A stretch of DNA of 62,639 bases, the filler included, from Asterionella formosa (taxonomy: Eukaryota), in the NCBI GenBank assembly GCA_002256025.1. It is 11 parts of 11 records of this genome, joined end to end, with 100 filler letters (N's around TTAATTAATTAA, not from the genome) between each part and the next. Parts side by side here need not be neighbours in the genome. Positions count along the whole stretch, not along the records: positions 45,645 to 51,243 come from NKIB01012995.1; positions 51,344 to 56,942 come from NKIB01012996.1; positions 57,043 to 62,639 come from NKIB01012998.1; 8 more parts are not named here. One strand, given 5' to 3'. Position 1 is the stretch's first letter. Every line of letters starts with the position of its first letter. Shown here piece after piece: positions 46,375 through 57,254 of the stretch. Made by a program: the position numbers and the translations under genes. Under the pieces are notes generated by a model. It made no database searches, was not told where the DNA came from, and saw nothing but the letters and a program-made list of their open reading frames with translations.

Positions 46375-48372
46375 ATCATAGGTTTAGGGCCTATGGTATG
46401 TCGGGGAAAATAGATTTCGCAACAACTATGATTTGTCACTTCCACTTATCAATGCTTCTGCAATGGTATCACCCGGTACTCGGAGTACAGCTAGTAATCA
46501 GTGCCACGTCCCTGGTACAGAGTATGTAACAGGTACTCTGATACTTCGGAGCTTCGGAGTACTTGAGGAAGTCTCGAGTATCGGTGCAGCTGGTACGGCG
46601 GAATATGTACCGGGTACCTGGTACCTTGTACGCAGTGATAATTAAGTAAGTAGTGTAGCCTATGTACTGTACGGAAGCTTGATATGCTTACTGTACGTGG
46701 ATGGTGCTGTGGATGGGACGATCAGCGGTTCGGTTGTACAATGAAGTAAATTGCACTACGTAGATTTGTACGGTCGAAATTGCTGTGACGAAAACACAAG
46801 TGATAACTTGCTCAATATATTTGTCCGCCCCGCCCTAATATGTATCAATGAACGTGGATGGTCTATCCAGATACCAAGGATGCCAGTCACAGTGAAATGA
46901 TTGATTTTCGTATCACAATTTCGCTGTAGCAATAACAGTGACGAAACGAAAAACGAAAAAGCAAGTACGATGATTGTCCTTGGTGCTTCTGGTTCACAAG
47001 TGAACCGCACGACACCCAGTTAGATAAACCCCGTAGCCGGCAACTATCGATGTACTGTAGATCAATTGTGCAACAAAGTACCGGTAGTGCGTAGGTTTGC
47101 GATTACGAATGACGATCACCACGTAGTGAAATAATTCCGTAGCGGAAGATCTGACTCAACGAGAACGAACTACCAGAGTAGTGTATTGTGGTAACTGGTA
47201 AACAGTACTTATGAAACACTCGTGCACAGATGATCGTTTACGGTAGAGTATTTTCGTAGCCAAAATAGTGTGAAGATATGAAAACGATTCACGACGAAAA
47301 AAGAAAAAAACGCCGTTGACGATGTGTTGAGAATGAAAAGCAGGCAACCTTTGAATGCCAAATAGCACTCTTTTGATAAAGATTACTCAATACACTTGTC
47401 TACTTCTGCTGTGTAGTGTAGTATATAGATAGAAAGATGTAGCAGCCAAATGAATGATGCGAAAACAATCGAAAGCGAACGAGATTTTTCGATCGGCGCC
47501 GACAGTGAGATCGAATTAACAATCAACAATTTCGTTTCTTTCAAGGAAACAGCTTGGGCTCATAACCTGCAGTGAAAGAGGGGACGAGAGAGATCGACGA
47601 GGTCGATGAACGAGGAGATGATAGAGGAGGGGAGTCCGATAACTAACCTGACAAGCTCAAAAGGAGATTGGAAGGTGTGTTTGTTAAAAGAGTGATTAGA
47701 TTAAGTTGATATAGAAGAACGATGATTTATGCATAGGTACTGTCAGACAAACAGACACAGACAAATACTGACACGTCATGTAAAGAGGTGATTCACAACA
47801 TCTTAGCGTGCATTTGTTTGTTGAAAAGTTGAACTGAAATCATGAAAATTCATAAACGTATGGTTTTTGCAAGAGGAGACACCTTATGCAATGATACAAC
47901 TGAATTGAGCATTGTTGAATTTCATAACATACTTTCGGCAGCATTTGTTTTTCCTTCTTTGAAACCACAGGAATCAAGCCAAGGAATTCTTTGAAACCGC
48001 AAGAGGTTTTGGAGCAGATACGGGAAGATAATTTTTATGTTGCCATGCCTCCACGTCATTTATGGAAATCAATCGGGTGGGACCAAAAACTAACAAGCGA
48101 ATGTTGATAAATACACAGAAATAATATAAATAATAATGATGAAAATATAGTTTCACATACTAGTTAAGTTATTAGAAGGTTTTCAAAAACTCAAATGTCC
48201 TAACAAATGATGAGATTGGATGATCCCAATGGTCCATTATTTGTTCTTTTTCACTCCCGAAGAACCTAAGACGGTCCTTCTCGTTTCGTCCGAAAATTTT
48301 CTTCTCCACTTTTCAACTGCAGTTCGATATGAGTCTGTAGGCCTTTTCAATTTAATTCCAGAAGGACTATCA

Positions 48373-50056
48373 TCAGTTCAAAGTTACGAAACATTTTTTC
48401 AACTTTTTGTCAATTTTGATGCATCCAGAAATTTGGCCAAGAGGTGCATGATTATACCGTTTGAAGGGAGCAACATTTTCATTCATTTGTTGGATCATGG
48501 ATTTCACGTTGACATCATCATCCTTCTTGAAAGATGATTTGCAAGGAAGTCGTCGAGATACTTCATTCAACATTTTTAATTTTAAATAGGAGCTCAAAAT
48601 TTTGTCGATACAAAATTGAAGAACAGCTATTTCCAACTGAAACATATCCTCATGAATATTTCTCGTTGTCACTTGATGCCAAACTGTTCCAAGATGAAAG
48701 TATGTTGACTTGGCTAGTGGGTCAGATGTAACAGATAACAAATTGTCTGTTCGATCTGCTGCTACCACCTGACGTTTTAAAACTTTCCAGGACTCCGTCT
48801 CCAAACGGAATTGTGTCCGATTGCCAAGAAGATTGGTTTTGCCATTCCTTTCTAATTGCAATAGAGTTTCCAATATTTTCACAATTGTAAATGGTCCACA
48901 TGACCATCCACTATCTTCTTCTGGTTGAAATAACATGGAATCATGTTCAGTGGCCATACTGATCTGCAATGTTGCTTTGGTGCCAGTATAGAAAGATTCC
49001 GATAAACCAATTTCTTCAGATGTATGGTATTCTTGTGGAAGATATCCTGTATCGGTGCATAACAATTCCAATTGTTCGTGCATCCAAGGATGATGCAGTA
49101 CTTACGGGCAAGGTGAAATGCTTGATCATAATGTTCATCCAAACTTGCATCTTTTCCTGGATCACAGACTTGACATAATCCATCATTTATAGGAAAAAGA
49201 TGATGCACAAAATGGTTGTTTTCCTCCTCATGTGATCTTTTGCAATAAACAATTAGCACATAGATACTTTCATGATGAAGAGGATGACAATTACATTGGT
49301 ATACATATGGTTTGTCATTACCCTTTTTTGTGTTGCTTCTCATCCAGATCAAATATAACCTTTTCATCAGTTGGATGAAGTTCATGAATGAAATAATGGA
49401 TCATAGAGGTAAGTGATTTGGGAAAAAAATCAATTTTGTGCTTCAAACTTGCTTCGTTCCCGACTCAGTTCATCAACTGCCTTAGCCAGCATCACATCTC
49501 TGTCTGCATTGATCTTCTTGAATTCGAGGTCTTGATCTAGCGCAGACCTCAGGAGAATGAGCAAAATACGGCACTCAATGGAATTGTAAATCTTTAGGAA
49601 TAGATTCCTTATCCGCAAAGAACAACTATTTGGGTTTCCTCCTCGAAAGCAATCTTTCCTTCTTATCAATTTCTGACACTATTGTATCGGCATACTTCAT
49701 TATTTTTCTGCAGTATTATGAATCTGTTCAAATTCATCTGATCTTTGAGTGTATTCAAAGGAGCAAATCTTCGATTGATTTCATAAGTTGTTTCCACATC
49801 TTCTTTTCCGAAAACATAAAGTCATGTAGAGTAAACAACGGAAGTAAGTCACATTTTTAAATCCGTGAAATACCATTTGGAAATTTGTCAAAGAGCCAGA
49901 AGAATATGATGTAAAATAGTGGAAGGGAAACGCGGAGCGTTTTGCGGCGCTTGTGGAGTGGCAACTGGTGTGATGGTAACCGAGTGTAGTAATTTTTGAG
50001 CAGAGCACAGCAGTGTAATATGCATGTTCCGCCAGCGTAGTGTTTACACAATACAC
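48373..50056 (-). pseudogene. Frameshifted transposon-borne gene with Ulp1/C48 (clan CE)-like protease domain
   Basis: Ordered NNHF (His), VCDPG (Asp) and QPEEDSGWSCGPF (Gln, Cys); 5' part homologous to 43408-43885. Confidence 0.55.
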
Positions 50057-51098
50057 ATGCCGGCATAAATACAGCTATAACAATGAAGAAGACATGACGA
50101 TGAACGTGACGGCTGGTTGTTGAGGATACCAGTATGTGATATGCATCAATCCATATAACAAATCAAATTATGGTGATGTACATATCAACACATCCGTATA
50201 CTTAGATCCTATCCACCATATAATACTATCATATCAACTGTTGGCTTTTACTGTATACATTAAAAGTCGAATATATACATTAAGTAACATACGTTATGAT
50301 TTATTTATTTATTTATTTATTTTCTATGCTGATGTATTGATAACACTTACGTAGATATTTTATCGTATTTTATTATCATTGTATCATTTTAACATAGTCC
50401 TATTTGATTAAAAATATATCATAAACAGGTTAAGAAATTATCACAGTTCTATGATCAATGTATCATAGCTATGTGATATACTTTATTCATTATTACGTAT
50501 CATACTTTGGTGATGTATGCATCGATGTAACCCTATCGTGATATCACATTCTCATCTCATCAATCATTCAATGTTGATTGGGAAATGTATTCTGCCTCGT
50601 ACTACAGAGTATGATATTATAACATGTACTTTAGTAGCTAAGTAACTCCGGTAATGTACACAAGTTGACAGTGTATGTACACACACGCTAATCAGGTTTG
50701 AGGCAACGGATAGTGGTTCCAACGAGCGAATGACAATACCATGGTTACCAATTTCTCCAGCGGCAAACCACAATGATGAAAGACACTTGTGTCTCTATGG
50801 ATGAGGATGACACGGGCGGACAACGACGTTTCTAGGAGCAAACAACAATGAAGAGAGCCTTTTGTCGCTCTATTTATGGTAACGAAGATGCGGACAAGCT
50901 CAACAGTGAATAAAAGAACAACATACCAATGAAAACAAGTTGACAGTGTGTGTACGCACACGATAAGCAGGTTTGAGGCAACAGACGGTTCCAACAAGCA
51001 AATGACAATACGGATATCAAATTCATCCTGCAGCAAACCACAATGATAATGATGAAGGACATTCATCCCTCTATTGTTGATGATACCAATACCAGGCG

Positions 51099-51243
51099 CG
51101 TCTGTAAATAAAAAAACATGAAAATATGATCAAGGGTATCGTACGCTAAGTGGCACAGGATTTTCACATATATGATAGTTTTTTGAGCAAAAATATGATC
51201 AATGTATCATATTATTATGATCACGCAGTAAACTTTTACCGAG
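51099..51243 (+). mobile_element. End A of the CGTCTG-TIR family
   Basis: CGTCTGTAAATAAAAA...GATCAAGGGTATCGTACGCTAAGTGGCAC. Confidence 0.75.
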
Positions 51244-52301
51244 NNNNNNNNNNNNNNNNNNNNNNNNNNNNNNNNNNNNNNNNNNNNTTAATTAATTAAN
51301 NNNNNNNNNNNNNNNNNNNNNNNNNNNNNNNNNNNNNNNNNNNCCACCAGTGATTAGGGTACGAAACGACCTGGGGAAGGCAAAAACTCCAAGTACCGCT
51401 AGTATCCCTCCCACAGCCTCTTCAATTAGCAATCTTTCGGGCACTTCACCAGCAACTGAAAGAAGCAGCACCCCCTTAAGAAATCCAATTCGTGTTGATG
51501 GTTCTTTCCCACGGCCACCCAATGTGGCCTCGCTACCAACAAGGGAAGGAAATGTGACACCATCAGAAAATGAACTTAATGGAATGTCAGGAAGTTCTAT
51601 TAAAAGCTTATACAATCGCTCACAAAGTTCGACTAAAACACCAACTACTTTGAACCAGGTGCAAGTTAACTGGAAATCATCGTTGGACAAGGATTTTATG
51701 AATTGTAAGCGCCAAGGGATGGCTATTCTGGTTATGGAAGCCATGACAAAACGTACGGAACATCATTACCTGACAGTTCCCAAAGAACACCAAGAGATGT
51801 GAAAGGCAAACAACAATTATAAAGCATTCTACCAGATGACTATGGAGGATCTCCATGACAGTGACATTCCTGAGTATAGGCGACTCGATAAAAAAAGATT
51901 CAAGAAATATTTCATTGAGTGCTATGCTGAGACATCGGGCAATTTCTCTGCTTACAATATAAGGAAACGAGCTTGCCATACTGAGGAGCTGAACAGAAGA
52001 TATGCTGCTGCGAGAGAAGAAAATGTTCATCTACCATATGAACATTACCTTACTACGGGTAGTAGTGTTCGGAGAAATATGATGCAGTGTGAAGAAGAAG
52101 AAGAAATGGAAGAGATCTAACCGTAACACATATGCGAATCTTTATGTACCAGTTGTTCAATAATTCAGTAGAAATACAGCAGCAGCTGGCAGCATGACAA
52201 ACAGCACGCCAAGGCACACTAACAACTCATGATTTACGGATCCCTGTTATCATATGACATTGACACAGAATCAGAAAGCAACAATACTCAATCCTGGATT
52301 T

Positions 52302-52617
52302 CATGCGAATACTCCTGAATTGAAAGGGTTTGCTGCAATGTCAATTGAATCCTCGACTCAAATAAAAGAACTCTGCAATACAGTTGAATGGTGAGTGCGT
52401 TCTAGTTGTGTACCTAAATGCTTGTATGGCTTGTCAGCTCATGCATTGTTGTTGACAACAGGCAGGGACAATGAGGTCCGGAATGAAAGTTGTTCTAGTA
52501 AGATTACTGCGCTATTTTGACGGTTATATGAGCAACGCTACTCATAACTCACACTGATCTTCCTCTACATTCAATTGACATTGCAGCAAACCCTTTCAGT
52601 GCAGGAGCATTCGCATG
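52302..52617. repeat. Inverted repeat, arms about 49 bp (52302-52350 and 52569-52617)
   Basis: TGAAAGGGTTTGCTGCAATGTCAATTGAAT and its exact reverse complement, extending outward with 3 mismatches. Confidence 0.85.
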
Positions 52618-53139
52618 CCGTTCCGAATGAGCAGGCTTTATTTCATTAATGAAACTCTTTAATTTAGTTGAATTAGTTGAACAACCTTCAGAAAAATAGT
52701 GGAATGGCCTTCAGATAATTAGTTGAATGAACTTCAGAAAACTACGTAAACAAATTTTACATATTAAGTGAACTTTATTCTAGAATGATGTGAACGAAAT
52801 TGTAAGGCAATGTGAACTAAATTACAGAATTACGTGAAGTATTTCAAATAATTACTTGAAGTATTTCAAATAATTATGTGAATTATTTCAAATAATTATG
52901 TGAAGGTGATCACGTAATATAGTGATGATCAGGAATGCATGCATGATACTTTGATCAAATATTTAACGTGATGTATTCAGATAATATATAGATTTATTCA
53001 ACTACATATTTTGATGTATTCAACTAATTCATGTGATGCATTCAAAATCAACTAGGCTTATTTATGTGATGGTCACTTCACTTACTAATACGCGGCTTAG
53101 ATGTGATACAGTGATGGATAAACAGATACATTTGACACA

Positions 53140-53350
53140 TGTTTACAAACTCTATTGGTTAAATATCAAACATTATTTGATGGCAAATTAAAAGTCTATC
53201 CTCATAAACAGGTACATTTGGAATTATTATCGAATGCTGTCCCTCGTCATCAACGAGCATATCCGGTCGCTCATATTCATTTAGAAGTTTTCAAAACAGA
53301 ATTACAACGATTATGTGATATTGGAGTCCTACAAAAGTGTGGTGCTTCTA
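53140..53350 (+). mobile_element. Ty3/gypsy pol fragment (region just upstream of RT)
   Basis: YQTLFDGKLKVYPHKQVHLEL...RAYPV...ELQRLCDIGVL. Confidence 0.7.
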
Positions 53351-53429
53351 AATGCATACTACGTATTTCACCAGGAGCATGGGTTATTAAATATTCCTTT
53401 GATTACAGATTTACAATTAATACATCAAC

Positions 53430-53727
53430 GTCGACAAGTGTATGTCGATGGGACGAGATGGAGGAGTTAGTTGAGCATTACATGGAAACAGACTTGGTTC
53501 AGCTTCGACTTGATGAAGATGCTATCACGCCACCAGGTCAAGGAAGAAACATTATTTATAAGTTTCTGGTCAAGACATTCTATGGTTCACTTGGGAAAGG
53601 CATCCGCATGGAACTTCCAGATTGTTGTCTGAAGGGGGTTCGGTCGCGTCTCAAGAATAAGGATCCTAAAGAAAAGTACACTGGTTATCAACCAGTGTCT
53701 AAAAGGATTAAACAAAGTAGCAAATGA
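53430..53727 (+). CDS. KolX-like protein C-terminus (P2X7 ballast-like motif)
   Basis: RNIIYKFLVKTFYGSLGKGIRMELPDCCLKGVRSRL...YTGY, located directly upstream of the Kolobok-like transposase. Confidence 0.65.
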
Positions 53728-53912
53728 ATGTTTGTCATCTATTAATTTTATTAGTGTACATTTGAAGTCGTCATTACATTTTTGAAAATATTCTATCATG
53801 TTCAATCTTATCAATGAATATTTCGAATATTTAAACATTGCAATCATAGGTAATGAACAATTAAAATCCTCATTAATTTATGACATAATTACTACATTTC
53901 AAACAAAGGACA

Positions 53913-55561
53913 ATGACGAGGTCAGGTAACTGAACTCGTCTCCTTGCCTCGATTATAAATGGCGGCAAAGCACGCCACAGTCGAAATGAAACTGACGAAA
54001 CAAATTGGTTTGACGAATCAGAAACACCGGCTGATACAACAGAAGTCAGACCTCCACTAACAACACTGAATGGACATCGTTTACTGTCATTAGAATCTTT
54101 GCAGTAGTTTCTACAAACCGATATTACCTGTAGTAAATGCAATGAAAAATTAAGATCGCAATCGTATACAAATGGTGACAAACAAGGAATAGCAGATTTA
54201 CAAACGTACCCCTGCAAAGAATCTAATACCAAAAAATCATTCAAATATAAATGCAATGCATTCCTTGAAATTTACGAATCCATTGACATCGTTGATGGTC
54301 AACCTCCTTCACAGAATTCACGGCTGATTGTTGAAGACTATGTCAGTCCATTTCTCGGAATTGCAAGTCGAATTTCAATTACCTGTGAACTTTGTGATTC
54401 AAGAAAGTATATTGAACCTGTAATTTGCAAAAACAAAGAAGGATTGCATGAGAAAGGCAATCAAATGGGACGCTTTGCAATCAACAACATGTTCGGTCTT
54501 GGTTGTCACGAAGCAGGAATGGGTCCGGTTGATGCTGATATAATATGCTCATCCCTTTCCTTACCTATGCAGAGTGGTTACTGGAGTAGGAAGGGAAGGT
54601 TCAATCAACTGGAGCAATCGAGTAGCAGGACAACAGACAAAAGGCGCTAATAAATACATGTCAGATGTATATGAAAGATTGGGAATGACAACGTCAACCC
54701 AATAACAAACCTCTTGGAGTCAACGGCAGAAAAAGCGAAGAAATGATGCGGAATACAAGAAAACCTCAAAAAGGAAACGCAAACAAAGCGAGGTAATCCA
54801 TAGTTCAAGATTTTCAATTATTAAACAAGAAAAGACAGACAAGAAAAGAGGAAGAACTTACGAATCAGGTATAGCAGTCACAGAGGATACCGAAGGAAGG
54901 GTTCAACCTCCTGCCATCAAGAAATACAACCATTGTGGACTTACCGATCATTTGAGAAGGACGAATGCACAATGTCCATTCAACAACAGCAACACGAGAG
55001 CACCTCCTCCTCTTGTTCAGGGGGTCCAACATGCTGAAACTACTGGTACTGATGCATCTAATACATGTTGTTCAAGTATGGCTGGCGTAATTTTACAAGA
55101 TTGGGATACCGTACTCCGGCCAGTCTTGAGCAGGTGAGTAAATTCAATTCAAGGAATCAGAATATGTGTAGTGACGCAGGAACTTACCATGGAGTCTTTT
55201 CGTACAGAGAATTATGGAAGCAAATATACCTACGCAGAACTCCTATGTCTACAAGAACCCCTTCACACGTACAAATTCTGATTCAAATATTTTGGCGACT
55301 GTTGAAAAAGCCAATAGGGTCGACTTTTTGGAGAAGGATTGCTCTACATCTGAGGATTGCTCTACAACTACGGGGTTTCATGAAGAATGAAATAGATAGC
55401 CGTGTACCCTATAACGTCAGGAGTTAATTTCTCTAGAGAAGTGGCAGTTATCAAAATCTACAAGGGATAACTGCCGCTTCTCTGCAGAAGTTAAATCCTG
55501 ACATTATAGGGTACACGGCTATCTATTTCATTCTTCATGAAACCCTGTAGATGTAGAGCAA
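53913..55561 (+). mobile_element. Internally deleted Kolobok-like transposase pseudogene and 3' flank
   Basis: GHRLL..CSKC..GIASRISITCELC..FAINN..GMG..LSLP N-terminal region fused near 54620 to a basic C-terminus (TYESG, HCGLTDHLRRTNAQCP). Catalytic core absent. Confidence 0.65.
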
Positions 55562-55614
55562 CGTCTGTAAATAAAAAGTATCATGCATATAGGATCAAGG
55601 GTATCGTACGCTAA
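55562..55614 (+). mobile_element. End A of a CGTCTG-TIR element interrupted by Harbinger
   Basis: CGTCTGTAAATAAAAAG...GTACGCTAA, then an abrupt switch. Confidence 0.75.
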
Positions 55615-56942
55615 GGGTCGTTCTTATCATTTTCGATTTGGTTTTTTTTTTGAAAAAGTATCATGTAACGGCTACTCGATTTAAACCGAAAAAATCCATT
55701 CTCCACAAAAATAAAAATGAAATAAAAATGAAATTGTATCACCAAAAAGTATCACGAAAATTCAACGGTTACGGGCTGGCTACAATCATGTGCATATCCC
55801 TCCAGGCTTCCCTCCAGACTATTTCGATGATATTCCATTACTAAAACCATGTAGGAAATTTACGTGTATTATGTAGCAGTATGGAATATATAGCTGACAT
55901 ACCTGCTTAATTCTTGATTTGCCATGAGTCAACACAGATATGCAAGATCCTCTATACACTTCTTCTTACACTTCCGCTTGCCATCATCCCCTTTCCAGTT
56001 TACAAGCAATCAGCACCATGTCATCATTGTCAGTGCACAATGACGAACAAGTGGATCAACATTGGACTGAAGAAGGTGCCGTGAATATCAACGATGGCAA
56101 TGATGATGATGGTAATGATGTCATCAGTAATCAATTTTTTGATAATGAAAACAACCATCAAGTCTTTGATTACGATGACCATGATCAATTCTTTATCCTT
56201 TGTCATCTGGCTCTGGAGGCTGAAACGAAAGTTAAAAAGAGGAAGGCGAAATGGGAGCATGAGAGAATGTCATGGCATTCTCATGTCAAGAAGCTGTGTC
56301 ATTAGCACGCTTTTGAAAAGACTTATAGAATGTCCCTTCGAGCCTTTAAGAAGTTGGTTTACTTACTGGAGAGTGATGTCATTGGAAATTTCTCCAAGTG
56401 CGGGACAGCTACTCCCATTCACCCAGAAATTGTGCTGGCCATTGGCATTCGATGGTTGGCTGGAGGCAGCTACATTGACATTTGTCATGCCTATGGATGT
56501 AGCATAGCTTCAATCTATAGATGCCGAGATTTATTTCTTGAAGCCGTGCTTAACTGTGATTATCTGAAAATAATATTTCCTAAAACAAGGAGTGATTTGG
56601 TGAAATTGGCTATAGCCTTTGAACAAAAGAGCACAGAAGGGTTGATCAGAGGGTGTATTGGTGCTATTGATGGTTTTTTAGCCACAATTAGTCGCCCCAC
56701 GCTACGTGACTGTGGAAACAATCCAGGAGCTTTTTATTCTGGACATTACATGACTTATGGTATCAATGTTCAGGCTATCTGTGATGTTGAGAGTAGATTT
56801 ATATTTTTTGGGGTGATTGCTCCTGGACGATGCAGTGATCAAGTTGCATTTGAGAGAACTGCTCTACCCAACAAAACTGCATTATTTGATTCTGGTTTTT
56901 ATCTTGTTGGTGATGCAGCATATACATTGTCAGATGTCATGT
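55615..56942 (+). mobile_element. PIF/Harbinger transposon 5' part with DDE_Tnp_4 transposase (about 56018-56942, one in-frame stop)
   Basis: TAA|GGG terminus; RMS..F, RWLAGGSY, GCIGAIDG, FYSGHY..GINVQAICD and LVGDAAY motifs. Confidence 0.9.
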
Positions 56943-57042
56943 NNNNNNNNNNNNNNNNNNNNNNNNNNNNNNNNNNNNNNNNNNNNTTAATTAATTAANN
57001 NNNNNNNNNNNNNNNNNNNNNNNNNNNNNNNNNNNNNNNNNN

Positions 57043-57254
57043 TTAGCTGGTACATAATCCTACGAAGAAATTCGAATACAGGAATCTAATAGAAACAATT
57101 CATATAAAAATTAAATATATGTAGTCAAAAGGGTTACTATTTAAATTACAAGGGCATTTATAAAAATCACTAGAAGATATAACGAAAAATTATGATGAGA
57201 TGATCACATTCCTATGATGCATAATGGAAATATGATATTTTTTATTTGCAGATG
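57043..57254 (-). mobile_element. End B of a CGTCTG element abutting or inserted into another copy of the same family
   Basis: Ends TTTTTATTTGCAGATG, followed directly by end-B interior sequence in the opposite orientation. Confidence 0.7.

Noticed and set aside
53155..53727. Single 190-aa ORF as a novel fusion protein
   Set aside because: Chance in-frame join of a gypsy fragment and KolX-like sequence; it starts at TTG.
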